Part shown: positions 1 to 14,203 of the stretch, piece by piece
Numbering within the stretch: position 1 is the stretch's first letter
Layout of the letters: each line of letters starts with the position of its first letter
DNA from: a virus
Taxonomy: Duplodnaviria > Heunggongvirae > Uroviricota > Caudoviricetes
Virus record (IMG/VR): IMGVR_UViG_2547132279_000002
Length of the DNA stretch: 35,703 nucleotides
Strand: one strand, 5' to 3'
Made by a program: the position numbers and the translations under genes
The notes under the pieces: model-generated
The model's input: only the letters and a program-made list of their open reading frames with translations
Told to the model about the DNA's origin: nothing
The model's database searches: none

Positions 1-283
1 TACTGACCCGCGACGACCATTTTGCGCAGGTCACCTTTATCTGCCGCCACTCATAAGGCGGCGTCCACAGAAAGGCTTTCCAGCCCCCGTGCTCTTCCAG
101 AAACGACTCCAGTACCGTGGCCTCCTCACGGGGGACAGAAAGCGTCACGCTGTACGTTTTCAGGTTGGCATTCAGCCCGGCAGGCGCTCGCTGGGAACAG
201 CCATCACCAAAGCGCACCTTTCTTACAGAAGGGGCCGAAGCCACATCCATACCGGGTTTCACTTTCCAGCGGAAGGTTTTCAT
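1..283 (-). CDS. M: tail assembly protein M, 5' part only (gene runs off the window start)
   Basis: Reverse complement from 283 reads MKTFRWKVKPGMDVAS..., matching remembered lambda gpM N-terminus; ATG overlaps the H stop (ATGA). Confidence 0.8.
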   Translation of the reverse strand, partial: MKTFRWKVKPGMDVASAPSVRKVRFGDGCSQRAPAGLNANLKTYSVTLSVPREEATVLESFLEEHGGWKAFLWTPPYEWRQIKVTCAKWSSRVS

Positions 284-2841
284 CGTCCACCTCCGGAGAA
301 CAGACCACCATCACGCATCTGCCCGGTCACAACATCCATTGCCGCCTTACGGGCTACGTCATAAACAGCCTTCAGCGCCTGTGGCCCTATCTGACCGTTC
401 GTGCCGTCGTTGTTAATCACCACATGGTTATTCTGCTCAAACGTCCCGGACGCCTGCGACCGACTGTCCGCCATGCTGCCCGGTGTACCGACATAACCGC
501 CGGTGGCATAGCCGCGCATCAGCCGATAAAGATTCCCCACGCCAATCCGGCTGGTTGCCTCCTTCGTGAAGACAAATTCACCACGGTGAACAATCCCCGC
601 TGGCTCATATTTGCCGCCGGTTCCCGTAAATCCTCCGGTTGCAAAATGGAATTTCGCCGCAGCGGCCTGAATGGCTGTACCGCCTGACGCGGATGCGCCG
701 CCACCAACAGCCCCGCCAATGGCGCTGCCGATACTCCCGACAATCCCCACCATTGCCTGCTTAAGCAGAATTTCTGTCATCATGGACAGCACGGAACGGG
801 TGAAGCTGCGCCAGTTCTGCTCACTGCCGGTCAGCATCGCCGCCATATTCTGTGCAATACCATCAAAGGTCTGCGTGGCTGCACTTTTTACCTGCGACAT
901 ACTGTCCGTGGCGCTCTCTTCCCACTCACTCCAGCCGGACTTCAGGCCTGCCATCCAGTTCCCGCGAAGCTGGTCTTCAGCCGCCCAGGTCTTTTTCTGC
1001 TCTGACATGATGTTATTCAGCGCCAGCGGATTATCGCCATACTGTTCCTTCAGGCGCTGTTCCGTGGCTTCCCGTTCTGCCTGCCGGTCAGTCAGCCCCC
1101 GGCTTTTCGCATCAATGGCGGCCCGTTTTGCCCGTTGCTGCTGTGCGAATTTATCCGCCTGCTGCGCCAGCGCGTTCAGGCGCTCCTGATACGTAACCTT
1201 GTCGCCAAGTGCAGCCAGCTGGCGTTTGTACTCCAGCGTCTCATCTTTATGCGCCAGCAGGGATTTCTCCTGTGCAGACAGCTGGCGACGTTGCGCCGCC
1301 TCCTCCAGTACCGCGAACTGACTCTCCGCCTTCCACAAATCCCGGCGCTGCTGGCTGATTTTCTCATTTGCTCCGGCATGCTTCTCCAGCGTCCGGAGTT
1401 CTGCCTGAAGCGTCAGCAGGGCAGCATGAGCACTGTCTTCCTGACGATCGCCCGCAGACACCTTCACGCCGGACTGTTTCGGCTTTTTCAGCGTCGCTTC
1501 ATAATCCTTTTTCGCCGCCGCCATCAGCGTGTTGTAATCCGCCTGCAGGATTTTCCCGTCTTTCAGTGCCTTGTTCAGTTCTTCCTGACGGGCGGTATAT
1601 TTCTCCAGCGGCGTCTGCAGCCGTTCGTAAGCCTTCTGCGCCTCTTCGGTATATTTCAGCCGTGACGCTTCGGTATCGCTCTGCTGCTGCGCATTTTTGT
1701 CCTGTTGAGTCTGCTGCTCAGCCTTCTTTCGGGCGGCTTCAAGCGCAAGACGGGCCTTTTCACGATCATCCCAGTAACGCGCCCGCGCTTCATCGTTAAC
1801 AAAATAATCATCCTTGCGCAGATTCCAGATGTCGTCTGCTTTCTTAAACGCAGCCTCTGCCTTAATCAGCATCTCCTGCGCGGTATCAGGACGACCAATA
1901 TCCAGCACCGCATCCCACATGGATTTGAATGCCCGCGCTGTCCTGTCTGCCCAGGTCTCCAGCGTGCCCATGTTCTCTTTCAGGCGGCGGGTCTGGTCAT
2001 CAAACCCTTTCGTTGCGGCTTCGTTCGCCGCCTGCAATGCCCCGGCTTCATCGCCGGAACGCTGCAACTGAGCAACATACGCAATCTGCTCCGCCGTCAC
2101 GTTATGGAACTGGCGCGCCATCGCTGTCAGCCCTGACGTCGGGTCTGTGGTCAGCTTCCCGAAGGCTTCAGCGACCTTGTCCACCTCCACGCCGGATGCA
2201 GAGGAGAAACGCGCCACACTCTGGCTGATGGACGCAATCTGAGCCTCACCGCTTACCCCCGCCTTAACCAGTGCGCTGAGTGACTCGCTGGTCTGGTTAA
2301 ACGTCAGCCCTGCCGCCTGCCCGGCTCTGGACAGGACCAGCATACGATCTGCCGTCAGACCCGACTGATGACCGGAAAGGACCAGCGTTTTGTTGAAATC
2401 GGACAGGGTTGAGTTGCCCTGATACCAGGCATACGCCAGCGCACCGGTCGCTACCGCCAGCGAGGTGGCCCCCACCATCGGCAGGGTGAACGCACCGGCA
2501 AGCCCCCTGAACATGGGGATCATCCCGCCGAAGGAGTCCTTAACCTGACCACCCTGTTGCAGCAGGATCAGCCACGGACTTTGCCCGCCTGCAAGCTGCG
2601 TGGCCACGTCGGTGAACTGTGCAGGCAGCATACGCATGGCGGCTTTGTACTGCCCGACGGAAATCCCCGCTTTCTGTGCAGCCAGCGCCTGTCGGCTCAG
2701 CGACTGTTCAACGACTGCCGCTGTTTTTTTCGCATCACTTTCCGTACCGGAAAAATGACGCCTGACTCTGGCCATCTGCTCGTCAAATCTGGCCGCATCC
2801 AGACTCAAATCAACGACCAGATCGCCTACCGGTTCAGCCAT
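280..2841 (-). CDS. H: tail tape measure protein
   Basis: 853-aa ORF starting MAEPVGDLVVDLSLDAARFDEQ, near-identical to remembered lambda gpH; same length as lambda H. Confidence 0.95.
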   Translation of the reverse strand: MAEPVGDLVVDLSLDAARFDEQMARVRRHFSGTESDAKKTAAVVEQSLSRQALAAQKAGISVGQYKAAMRMLPAQFTDVATQLAGGQSPWLILLQQGGQVKDSFGGMIPMFRGLAGAFTLPMVGATSLAVATGALAYAWYQGNSTLSDFNKTLVLSGHQSGLTADRMLVLSRAGQAAGLTFNQTSESLSALVKAGVSGEAQIASISQSVARFSSASGVEVDKVAEAFGKLTTDPTSGLTAMARQFHNVTAEQIAYVAQLQRSGDEAGALQAANEAATKGFDDQTRRLKENMGTLETWADRTARAFKSMWDAVLDIGRPDTAQEMLIKAEAAFKKADDIWNLRKDDYFVNDEARARYWDDREKARLALEAARKKAEQQTQQDKNAQQQSDTEASRLKYTEEAQKAYERLQTPLEKYTARQEELNKALKDGKILQADYNTLMAAAKKDYEATLKKPKQSGVKVSAGDRQEDSAHAALLTLQAELRTLEKHAGANEKISQQRRDLWKAESQFAVLEEAAQRRQLSAQEKSLLAHKDETLEYKRQLAALGDKVTYQERLNALAQQADKFAQQQRAKRAAIDAKSRGLTDRQAEREATEQRLKEQYGDNPLALNNIMSEQKKTWAAEDQLRGNWMAGLKSGWSEWEESATDSMSQVKSAATQTFDGIAQNMAAMLTGSEQNWRSFTRSVLSMMTEILLKQAMVGIVGSIGSAIGGAVGGGASASGGTAIQAAAAKFHFATGGFTGTGGKYEPAGIVHRGEFVFTKEATSRIGVGNLYRLMRGYATGGYVGTPGSMADSRSQASGTFEQNNHVVINNDGTNGQIGPQALKAVYDVARKAAMDVVTGQMRDGGLFSGGGR

Positions 2842-3274
2842 ACCGGACTCCTCCTGCGATCCCTTCTGATACTGTCATCAGCATTACGTCATCCTCCGTC
2901 ATGTCCGCCACATCCGGGGAAGCGGGGATAACTTCATTCCCGTCCGGGCCAAAGCGGACACCTCCGGCAAGCCCTGCCGCTTTCTGCATCAGCACATCAT
3001 CTTCAGGCTCTTCGTCAGCCTCGCGCCGGTTCAGCAGACTGAAATCCAGCGGATGCATATCCGGATCGCTGAAAAACAGGCTGAGCACGGTGTACGTCAG
3101 CCCGGAAAAGTGCATATCCAGCAGAACATCATGAAAATAATGGGTACTGTAAAAGCGGTGCCAGTCGGCATACTCCGTGGATGACATCCCGGCAAGCATG
3201 GCACGCCAGTCGGGTCGCCCCATCTCACGCGCCAGTTTCAGGGCAAAACTCAGCTCACCGTCGAACACTTTCCC
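2834..3274 (-). CDS. T: tail assembly chaperone T segment, expressed only as G-T fusion by -1 frameshift
   Basis: 144-aa ORF in the -1 frame relative to G, overlapping the G 3' end; slippery heptamer present at 3268..3274. Confidence 0.8.
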   Translation of the reverse strand, partial: GKVFDGELSFALKLAREMGRPDWRAMLAGMSSTEYADWHRFYSTHYFHDVLLDMHFSGLTYTVLSLFFSDPDMHPLDFSLLNRREADEEPEDDVLMQKAAGLAGGVRFGPDGNEVIPASPDVADMTEDDVMLMTVSEGIAGGVRYG

Positions 3275-3672
3275 GCAGAAACAGGCTCTGCAGGCCCGGC
3301 GTCCTCTGTCTGTTCAGGGGCATTATTCACAACAAACTCATACATACCAGACAGCCGGTACACCACGTTTTCAGCATGAGAAATTGCCTCCGTGGGCCAG
3401 GTGGTAAGCACTTCCTGCTCAATCTGTTTAACGGCTTCATTCATAGACGGCATCTGCGTCTTCTGCGGATGGTTATGCCACAGGGACATCGCCACCAGAA
3501 ACGCGCCGGTTCTGATGGCGTCTTCCACAGTAAACTTCCGGTTGCTGTCTGACTCCGCCTGTTCTGCCTGCCGTTTCATCAGGGCGAGATGCTCAATACG
3601 CTGCAGGGCTGACAGTTCAGAAAGCGTGACGGTCACACCGTTATGTTCAAATGATTCGGTTTTCAGGAACAT
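3250..3672 (-). CDS. G: tail assembly chaperone G
   Basis: 140-aa ORF MFLKTESFEHNGVTVTLSELSALQRIEHL..., matches remembered lambda gpG. Confidence 0.9.
   Translation of the reverse strand: MFLKTESFEHNGVTVTLSELSALQRIEHLALMKRQAEQAESDSNRKFTVEDAIRTGAFLVAMSLWHNHPQKTQMPSMNEAVKQIEQEVLTTWPTEAISHAENVVYRLSGMYEFVVNNAPEQTEDAGPAEPVSAGKCSTVS
3268..3274 (-). promoter_or_regulatory. programmed -1 ribosomal frameshift slippery site GGGAAAG (G to G-T)
   Basis: Plus strand reads ctttccc, i.e. GGGAAAG on the coding strand, in the G/T overlap, as in lambda. Confidence 0.75.
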
Positions 3673-3687
3673 CGCTGACTCTCCGGA

Positions 3688-4428
3688 TTAACTGGCGGTG
3701 ACGTTGATTTCTGCAACCGCAGCAAGTTCACCATTACCGGATACGACCGGAATGTTGACCTTGCCTGCAGCAACACCTTTCACGGTGATGGTCATACCAC
3801 TGACCGACACGGTGGCTTTTGTTTTATCCGCTGACACCGCACGGAAGCTCTTGTCGGTTGCGCCTTCCGGCTGGAATGCCACGGTCAGCGTGGTGCTCTT
3901 CCCTTTCACTACGGAAGCGCTGGCTGGCGTCACGGTCATACCGGTTGCCGCTGTTACCGTGCTGCGATCTTCTGCCATCGACGGACGTCCCACATTGGTG
4001 ACTTTCACCGTGCGGGTGATCACTTCCTTCGCCGTCACCGCCTTACCGATACTGCTGACCCAGCCGCGGAACACATCGACCGTGCCGTTCGGGAAGCGGA
4101 TTTTATAGGCACGGGTATCACCTTCATTAAACCACGCCAGCAGCGCCTGCTGCCCCTGCTCTCCGGGCATCCACGCCAGCGTGAAGCTGGTATCTCCGGC
4201 AGATTTCTGCCCCTGTCCGGTCGCGGTCCAGTCCGCATCTTCATCATCGAGATAACTGTCGTCATAGGACTCAGCGGTCAGTTCGCCGGGCGTCAGGTCT
4301 TTAACCTTTGCCAGACGCGACCAGTCATTGTCTGAAAGCGGGTTTGCATAAGGGTCGCCGCTCCCGTTATAAACCCACAGTGTGGTCCCGGCCCCTTTCA
4401 CCGGTGCCAGAGGATTTGGTGTTGGCAT
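3688..4428 (-). CDS. V: major tail protein V
   Basis: ORF contains [33 protein letters not shown]..., matching lambda gpV; start placed at the internal Met (cat at 4426..4428) giving 246 aa like lambda V. Confidence 0.9.
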   Translation of the reverse strand: MPTPNPLAPVKGAGTTLWVYNGSGDPYANPLSDNDWSRLAKVKDLTPGELTAESYDDSYLDDEDADWTATGQGQKSAGDTSFTLAWMPGEQGQQALLAWFNEGDTRAYKIRFPNGTVDVFRGWVSSIGKAVTAKEVITRTVKVTNVGRPSMAEDRSTVTAATGMTVTPASASVVKGKSTTLTVAFQPEGATDKSFRAVSADKTKATVSVSGMTITVKGVAAGKVNIPVVSGNGELAAVAEINVTAS

Positions 4429-4435
4429 ATCGTCC

Positions 4436-4831
4436 TCACATTTCATAGGTAATGACATAAGTCAGATCGGCTGAACTCCACAGGCCCGCATCATCGTCGC
4501 GCCGGTAGTCATAGCCACTGGCCACCATACTGGTGATCAAATCTGACAGTGCCGGGATATCGCTCATCACCGGATAAATCCGGGACTCCATCCACGAATC
4601 CAGCTCTGAATCCGGCACCTGAGCAGGCAGGAAAACTTCAATATGCAGCTCCGCCTGCCAGGTATCGCTGTCCAGCTCTTCGCCCGTGTATTCAGCGCCG
4701 GTGAGATAAACGGCAATTGCCGGAAAATCTTCCTCATCAAAAACAGCGGGGCGACCATCAAAAAGCGTCGCCCCGGTGTCATGCTTCTCCAGTGCATCCA
4801 GTACGGCTGCACGGAGTTCAGTATGTTTCAT
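4436..4831 (-). CDS. U: tail terminator protein U
   Basis: 131-aa [48 protein letters not shown]..., matches lambda gpU. Confidence 0.9.
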   Translation of the reverse strand: MKHTELRAAVLDALEKHDTGATLFDGRPAVFDEEDFPAIAVYLTGAEYTGEELDSDTWQAELHIEVFLPAQVPDSELDSWMESRIYPVMSDIPALSDLITSMVASGYDYRRDDDAGLWSSADLTYVITYEM

Positions 4832-5406
4832 CGCTTTATTACCATTCTCAGTTGATGCTGCAGCGCATAGCCCAGCTCTTTCGGAAGACGCTCACGCCGT
4901 ATCCGCTCAATATTCTGTTTAAACGCCGTGGTCAGCGGCACCGCCATCGGGATTTTCACCACATCAATGGGGTAACGGTTTTTCCCGGCCACACGCTGCA
5001 TGACATGCCACCGGCCATTTTTCAGTTGCTGAATAAACGCGCCGGGAATACGACGGTTTCCCACCACAAGCACGCTGCCGCCACCTTTCAGGGATGAACG
5101 CTGCCCCTTTTTACGACGCCTGCGGCGGGACAGGACAACCCGCGCATTACCCAGCCTGATTACGGGCAAATCCCCCCGGTTAACCCTGATTCTGGCCTGC
5201 GGATTTTTGACCGTGGCCCTTTTCAGCCTGGCCCTTTCCTTTACCAGTTTCCGGCGTACCTTTGTCTCACGGGCAACCTGTGACGCAGACTGCGATATCG
5301 CGGATGACGCAACGCGGTTAATGGCCATTGCGGCGGCACCAGGCACCGCCGTTTTGCTGATACGGCTGAGGTTTTCAACGGCCTGCTCAAGACCTTTTAT
5401 GGCCAT
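4828..5406 (-). CDS. Z: tail completion protein Z
   Basis: 192-aa ORF MAIKGLEQAVENLSRISKTAVPGAAAMAINRVASS..., matches lambda gpZ. Confidence 0.9.
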   Translation of the reverse strand: MAIKGLEQAVENLSRISKTAVPGAAAMAINRVASSAISQSASQVARETKVRRKLVKERARLKRATVKNPQARIRVNRGDLPVIRLGNARVVLSRRRRRKKGQRSSLKGGGSVLVVGNRRIPGAFIQQLKNGRWHVMQRVAGKNRYPIDVVKIPMAVPLTTAFKQNIERIRRERLPKELGYALQHQLRMVIKR

Positions 5407-5417
5407 ACATCCCCCTT

Positions 5418-5771
5418 TCAGCGGCGACGGTTAACGGCAGGCGGCACGCCACGCCCAAGCCAGAGATGACAGCTTCCGCCATCATCCGGCGAAACCCGGT
5501 CTATCCAGAAGTTTTCCTCACCGATGGTCAGCGTGTCTCCACGCCGCAGCTGCCGCACCTCATCAGTCCGGACAAACAGGGACGGGCTGGAGCCTTCAAC
5601 GCGCACGCCCTGTCCGGCATAGCTGATATTTTCAGGGTCATCAAAAACACCACGTATCACAGCACCGGACTGCTCACCGGATGTCATGGTGGCTGACGTT
5701 CCCATGTACCCGCGTATCGTTTCATCAGCGCGGGCAATGGCAGCATCGAACAGGTTATCGAAATCAGCCAC
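5418..5771 (-). CDS. FII: head-tail connector protein FII
   Basis: 117-aa ORF MADFDNLFDAAIARADETIRGYMGTSAT..., matches lambda gpFII. Confidence 0.9.
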   Translation of the reverse strand: MADFDNLFDAAIARADETIRGYMGTSATMTSGEQSGAVIRGVFDDPENISYAGQGVRVEGSSPSLFVRTDEVRQLRRGDTLTIGEENFWIDRVSPDDGGSCHLWLGRGVPPAVNRRR

Positions 5772-5782
5772 AGCGCCTCCCG

Positions 5783-6181
5783 TTATTGCATTCTGGCCAG
5801 GCCACGTTCTGTCATTTCGGCTGCCACACCGGCAGAGACACGAAACGCCGTTCCCGGCAGCACAAATGCCACAGGTTTATCCCGCGTGGCGTGAAGTGCA
5901 TCAGTATGCAGCGTCACCAGTGCCACGACCGTGACCAGTTCAGCCGTATCCTGAATCACGGTATCCGGCTGCGCTGATATCACCTCATTTTCATGCCCGG
6001 TCAGCACATTTTCCCGGCTGAGAGGGGTGTCCTGACCGGCAGTTTCATCCGTGTCATCAAGCTCTTCTTCCAGCTCTGCCACACGAAGCGCCAGTTCTTC
6101 TTTCGTTCCCGTCAAACTGATATCGCGGTTCAGTTGCTCACCCAGCTCCTGAAGACGGGCAATCAGTTCATCTTTCGTCAT
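5783..6181 (-). CDS. FI: DNA packaging protein FI
   Basis: ORF contains MTKDELIARLQELGEQLNRDISLTGTKEELALRVAELEEELDDTDETAGQ..., like lambda gpFI; start set at the internal ATG preceded by GGAGG. Confidence 0.85.
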   Translation of the reverse strand: MTKDELIARLQELGEQLNRDISLTGTKEELALRVAELEEELDDTDETAGQDTPLSRENVLTGHENEVISAQPDTVIQDTAELVTVVALVTLHTDALHATRDKPVAFVLPGTAFRVSAGVAAEMTERGLARMQ

Positions 6182-6204
6182 GAACTCCTCCACAGAGAGA
6201 AAAT

Positions 6205-6218
6205 GGCCCCGAAGGGCC
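6205..6218 (-). other. perfect GC-rich hairpin (ggccc-cgaa-gggcc) in the E-FI intercistronic gap
   Basis: Seen directly: inverted repeat ggccc / gggcc with a 4-nt loop between the E stop and the FI ribosome binding site. Confidence 0.5.
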
Positions 6219-6222
6219 ATGA

Positions 6223-7248
6223 TTACGCCAGTTGAACGGACACGAACTCATCAGGATCAGCCAGCAGCATCAGCGGTGCTGACTGAATCATGGTGAACTC
6301 ACGCGCCGGATCGCCGGTGGTCACCCAGTTTTTCGGGTAACGGGCAGAGGCGTTAATGCCTTCGCGCTGTGCGTCCGCATCCTGAATGCAGCCATAGGTG
6401 CGCAGACCGCGAGCCTGAGTGTTCCCCAGCACCATCGTGTTGTCCGGCAGGAAGTTCTTTTTGACGCCGTTTTCCACGTACTGTCCGGAATACACGACGA
6501 TGGCCACATCGCCATACATTCCCTTATAGGACACCGCTTTGCCCAGGTCTTTTACCGCTGTCTCCAGCTCGGAATGAGAGCCGCGACGGGTATCCAGCTT
6601 CTCCTTGACGGCTTTGAAGGAACGGAACAGCGCCCAGCCTTTCGGGTCAAACACGATGATATTCACCACACCGCTGGCGTTCAGCGCGTAGGCTTCGATA
6701 TCGTCGGTCGGGTCATACGTGGACTTGTCACGCTTGCTCCACTCCGTGCCGCCGGACTGCGTGATGTTATTCGCCGCACTGCGGCCCATATCCACCTCAA
6801 CCGGATCGAAGGCTTCACCGGTCATGGTGTATTTGCCCTTAAGCACGGCAGAAACTGCCTGCATCTCTTCGACCTGGGCAATCGCCAGATTTTCATCCAG
6901 CATATTCTGCCGAATAATACGGCGACGACGGTAAGCCGGGTCCGCCAGATTCTGCGGATCTTCATCCGGCAGGCGACGCAGGGTCATCTGCGGATTCACC
7001 TCATGCTTGGGTTTGACATATCCCGGCGTAAATTCAGAGGTGGAGCCGCCACGGGAACGGATAACCTCACCGGAAACAATCGGCGAAACGTACAGCGCCA
7101 TGTTTACCAGTCCCGGAATTTGTGAGAGATAGACTTTCTCCGTGGTGAAAGGATAGGTTTCACGGAAAAACAGGCGCAGAAACAGCGGATCGAACTTAAA
7201 GTGATGCTGGGTCGATGCCAGTAATTCTGCAGTTGTATATACAGACAT
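6223..7248 (-). CDS. E: major capsid protein E
   Basis: 341-aa ORF MSVYTTAELLASTQHHFKFDPLFLRLFFRETYPFTTEKVYLSQIPGLVNMALYVSP..., matches lambda gpE. Confidence 0.95.
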   Translation of the reverse strand: MSVYTTAELLASTQHHFKFDPLFLRLFFRETYPFTTEKVYLSQIPGLVNMALYVSPIVSGEVIRSRGGSTSEFTPGYVKPKHEVNPQMTLRRLPDEDPQNLADPAYRRRRIIRQNMLDENLAIAQVEEMQAVSAVLKGKYTMTGEAFDPVEVDMGRSAANNITQSGGTEWSKRDKSTYDPTDDIEAYALNASGVVNIIVFDPKGWALFRSFKAVKEKLDTRRGSHSELETAVKDLGKAVSYKGMYGDVAIVVYSGQYVENGVKKNFLPDNTMVLGNTQARGLRTYGCIQDADAQREGINASARYPKNWVTTGDPAREFTMIQSAPLMLLADPDEFVSVQLA

Positions 7249-7261
7249 AAATTATTTCCAT

Positions 7262-7282
7262 AAAAAAAGCCGCACAGGCGGC
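7262..7282 (-). terminator. hairpin plus U-tract between D and E (terminator or attenuator-like)
   Basis: Minus strand reads GCCGCCTGTGCGGC followed by TTTTTTT, located after the D stop and before the E start. Confidence 0.45.
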
Positions 7283-7303
7283 CTTTGTTGATGAAGGGGA
7301 AGA

Positions 7304-7636
7304 TTAAACGATGCTGATTGCCGTTCCGGCAAACGCGGTCCGTTTTTTAGTCTCGTCGCTGGCAGCCTCCGGCCAGAGCACATCCTCATAACGGAACGAG
7401 CCGGACTTGTAGAACGTCAGTGTGGTGCTGGTCTGGTCAGCAGCAACCGCCAGAATGCCAACGGCTGCACCGTCGGTGGTGCCATCCCACACAACCAGCT
7501 TACGGGTAGTGCCATCCAGCATCAGCGGGGTCATTGCAGGCGTTTTCGCACTCAATCCGCCAGGCGCAATTGCTGTATGAGCCGGATCACTGTTACCCAG
7601 CGGCTGGTAATGGTTAAACTCTTCTTTTGTCGCCAT
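7304..7636 (-). CDS. D: head decoration protein D
   Basis: 110-aa ORF ...[32 protein letters not shown]...[11 protein letters not shown], matches lambda gpD. Confidence 0.95.
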   Translation of the reverse strand: MATKEEFNHYQPLGNSDPAHTAIAPGGLSAKTPAMTPLMLDGTTRKLVVWDGTTDGAAVGILAVAADQTSTTLTFYKSGSFRYEDVLWPEAASDETKKRTAFAGTAISIV

Positions 7637-7645
7637 AACTGCCTC

Positions 7646-8053
7646 TTATACCGGTAAAGCTTCAGGTGTATTAAGTAATTCTTTATTGGTATCAGATGCC
7701 AGGTTACCTGCAGCCAGCGGTGCCGGTGTACCCTGCATCAGACGATCCAGCGCAGTGTCACTGCGCGCCTGTGCACTCTGTGGTGCTGCAGCCAGAATGC
7801 GGCGGGCCGTTTCCACGGTCATTCCGGGGGTTTCTGCCAGAACGCGCGCCTGTTCTTCGCGTCCGTGAGCCTCCTCACAGTTGAGGATCCCCATAATGCG
7901 GCTGTTTTCTGCCGCAACCGCAGCGGTGATCTGCGCGTTCACGTCCGGCTGCGCCGCGCTGGCGTTTTCGCCCTCCGTCGCTGGCACCACGTCAGTAACG
8001 TCAGCCTGCGAAGCAGTGGCTGAAACAGTTGTTGATTGAGTCTCTTTGGTCAT
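7646..8053 (-). CDS. Nu3: scaffolding protein Nu3 (in-frame internal start within C)
   Basis: Internal ATG giving MTKETQSTTVSATASQ... to the shared stop; position follows the lambda C/Nu3 nested arrangement. Start placement is inferred. Confidence 0.55.
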   Translation of the reverse strand: MTKETQSTTVSATASQADVTDVVPATEGENASAAQPDVNAQITAAVAAENSRIMGILNCEEAHGREEQARVLAETPGMTVETARRILAAAPQSAQARSDTALDRLMQGTPAPLAAGNLASDTNKELLNTPEALPV

Positions 8054-8957
8054 TCGCCCTCCTGAGAGACGGGATTTACGTGCATCCAGTGCATCACGCA
8101 TAACGGTGATCGCATCGGTGCTGTTGACAAGTTCATCAGCCAGTCCGGCATCAATGGCCTCCTGACCGCTGTACACTGCAGCCTCGGTATCCAGCACAGC
8201 CTGCACGGACAGGCCGGTATATGCCGACACCTTCTGCGCAAACATCCGGCGGGTTGCATCCATCCGGGACTGCAGTGTCTCCCGGACGTCATCCGGAAGA
8301 TGGCTGTAGGGGTTGCCATCCACCTTATGGCTGCCGCTGTAAATCAGCGTGATTTCCACGCCCTGTTTCTCCAGCGCAGCACCGTAATTACTGTGAGCCA
8401 TCATGACGCCGATGGAGCCTGTCCGGGCGGTCTGCGTGACCAGACGCCGGGAGGCGGCGCTGGCAAGCAGCTGACCTGCACTGCAGTTCATGTCGTTGGC
8501 CAGCGCCCATACCGGTTTTATGTCTCGCACACGGGCGATGATGTCAGCACAGTCAAATGCTCCCGCCACCATCCCGCCCGGTGTGTCCATATCGAGCAGA
8601 ATGCCGTCCACCATCGGATCGCTGGCAGCCTGTTGCAGACGGGCGATAATGCCGTTGTAACCGGTCATTCCCGAATACGGCTGCAGCGCCCGCGTCCGGC
8701 TGACCAGCGTACCGGACACCGGCAGCACGGCGATGCCGTTCATGACCTGATAACTGCGGGCCTGTCGTGGTCCGTCATCATCACCGGATAACGCCAGCGC
8801 CGCGGGTGCCTCTCCGGCAGTCAGGCTGTCGCCGGACACCGCATCCGTCAGGCGACTGATCCCAAGCTGGCCTGCAAGCGCACAAAAGAAAACCCGCGCA
8901 TAGGCGGGTTCAAGCATCAGCGGCTCATTAAAAGCCATGCTGGCAATATGCGGGAGA

Positions 8958-8977
<20 letters not shown>
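7646..8977 (-). CDS. C: head maturation protease / scaffold C
   Basis: ORF contains VTAELRNLPHIASMAFNEPLMLEPAYARVFFCALAGQLGIS..., matching lambda gpC; start placed at GTG (8975..8977) preceded by GAGGAGGAGAAGA; the longer ORF in the track is an upstream extension. Confidence 0.85.
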
Positions 8978-12582
<3,605 letters not shown>

Positions 12583-12612
12583 GTAAGCGACTCGTCAGAA
12601 CCGTATTGATAT

Positions 12613-14184
12613 TTACTGAGAGGTCAGATCAACTTTCCAGGGCAACAGATCGCGTACCCGGTTTGCCGGCCAGTCCTGGATATGTTCAATGACGTAACGC
12701 AGCCACTTTTCTGGCTCCACATTGTTCAGACGGCATGTGCCGATCAGCGAGTACAACACCGCCGCATGTTCACCACCGCTGTCGGAACCCGCAAACATCC
12801 AGTTTTTCCGGCCTACGACCACTCCCCGTAAGGCGTTCTCTGCGATGTTGTTGTCGATTTCCACCCAGCCATTACTGCAGTACACGTTCAGTGCATCCCA
12901 CTGTTTCAGCAGGTATGCGAACGCTTTTGCCGTATCTGAGTGACGCGACAGTGTTTTCATCTGTTGCTGTATCCAGTCATACAGTGACTGCATCAGTGGC
13001 GCGGCTCTGGCTTTTCTTGCCGCCAGACGCTGTTCTGCTGAACAGCCCCGGACCTCTGCCTCGATGGCATACAGTTCACCGATACGCTGCAGGGCTTCCG
13101 TGGTGATGTAGGTGGGCGCTTTTGCATGCACATCGTGGATTTTTCTCCGGGCATGAGCCATACACGCGGCTTCCGTTATTCTGCCGGATTCGTATAACGC
13201 CCGGTAACCACCGTAAGCATCGGCCTGAAGCACACCGCTGTAACCGGCCAGGTGATTTTGTGGATGGATACCTTTCCGGTCCGGACTGTACGCGAACCAG
13301 ACCGCCGGGGGCATCTGTGAACCGGCGTTACGGTCATCACGGACGTAGACCCACAGCCGGGCTGTCCGGGTTTTACCGCTGCCCGGCTCCTGGACCGGGA
13401 CGGGGATATCATCAGCATGGACTTTACCGGGCATCAGCACATACTGGCGCAGGACGTCATACAGCGGCTCCAGCAGTTCAGCAACAGCACCTGTCCAGCG
13501 CCCCAGTGTGGCACGGCTCAGCTCCACTCCCTGACGACGGTATATTTCTGACTGGCGGTATAACGGCAGATGGTCTGCATACTTCCCGGTGACGATATGA
13601 GCCAGAAGCCCCGCTCCGGCATAACTGCGTGCAATGGGTTTTGAAGGTACTGGTGCCTGCACGATATGGTCGCACCGGCAACAGGCCAGTTTCGGACGTT
13701 GTGTTTCGATAACCTTAAAAGCGCTGCTGATAAGCTCCAGTTGCTCTGACACATCACACCCCAGAGGACTGAGGTCACCACCACAGGCCGGGCAGCATTC
13801 CTCTTCCGGCCGGATGACCCGGGTTTCACGGGGAAGTGAGGCCGGTAACGGCTTACGGGCTGAAGACTGGCGCAGGGCGGATGGCAGTACCGGGTCATAT
13901 TGCTCACCCAGCGTTTCCGCCATTTCTTCCTGAAGTGCGCTGATTCGCTCCTGGGCTTCCTGTATCTGCCGTTCGGTTTTAGCGCGAAGTTTTTCTGAGC
14001 TTTTACCGAACTGCATGCGCTGCAGTTTCGCAACCAGCGCCTTCAGCCGGTTGATTTCGGAAGCATAAGCCGCCACCCGCTGTGAGAGCAGGCGGTTGTA
14101 TTTCGCCATCTGGCGGATGGTGTCCTGTTGCGTCTGCAACAGTGCCCGCAGGCGGGCATTCTCATGAGCAAGTGAGGTGTCCAT
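12613..14184 (-). CDS. IS66-family transposase (Orf3/TnpC)
   Basis: 523-aa ORF with N-terminal coiled-coil, CxxC...CxxC zinc-finger-like segment and DDE-type core as remembered for IS66 transposases. Confidence 0.85.
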   Translation of the reverse strand: MDTSLAHENARLRALLQTQQDTIRQMAKYNRLLSQRVAAYASEINRLKALVAKLQRMQFGKSSEKLRAKTERQIQEAQERISALQEEMAETLGEQYDPVLPSALRQSSARKPLPASLPRETRVIRPEEECCPACGGDLSPLGCDVSEQLELISSAFKVIETQRPKLACCRCDHIVQAPVPSKPIARSYAGAGLLAHIVTGKYADHLPLYRQSEIYRRQGVELSRATLGRWTGAVAELLEPLYDVLRQYVLMPGKVHADDIPVPVQEPGSGKTRTARLWVYVRDDRNAGSQMPPAVWFAYSPDRKGIHPQNHLAGYSGVLQADAYGGYRALYESGRITEAACMAHARRKIHDVHAKAPTYITTEALQRIGELYAIEAEVRGCSAEQRLAARKARAAPLMQSLYDWIQQQMKTLSRHSDTAKAFAYLLKQWDALNVYCSNGWVEIDNNIAENALRGVVVGRKNWMFAGSDSGGEHAAVLYSLIGTCRLNNVEPEKWLRYVIEHIQDWPANRVRDLLPWKVDLTSQ

Positions 14185-14203
14185 ATCCTCACTTTACAAC
14201 GGG

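Noticed and set aside
22-2228. Plus-strand ORFs (22..687, 671..1189, 1135..1665, 1368..1799, 1705..2136, 1929..2228 and others) overlapping M and H
   Set aside because: They lie antisense to genes with strong lambda matches, give low-complexity Arg/Pro/Ser/Cys-rich translations typical of shadow frames in GC-rich DNA, and have no recognisable starts.
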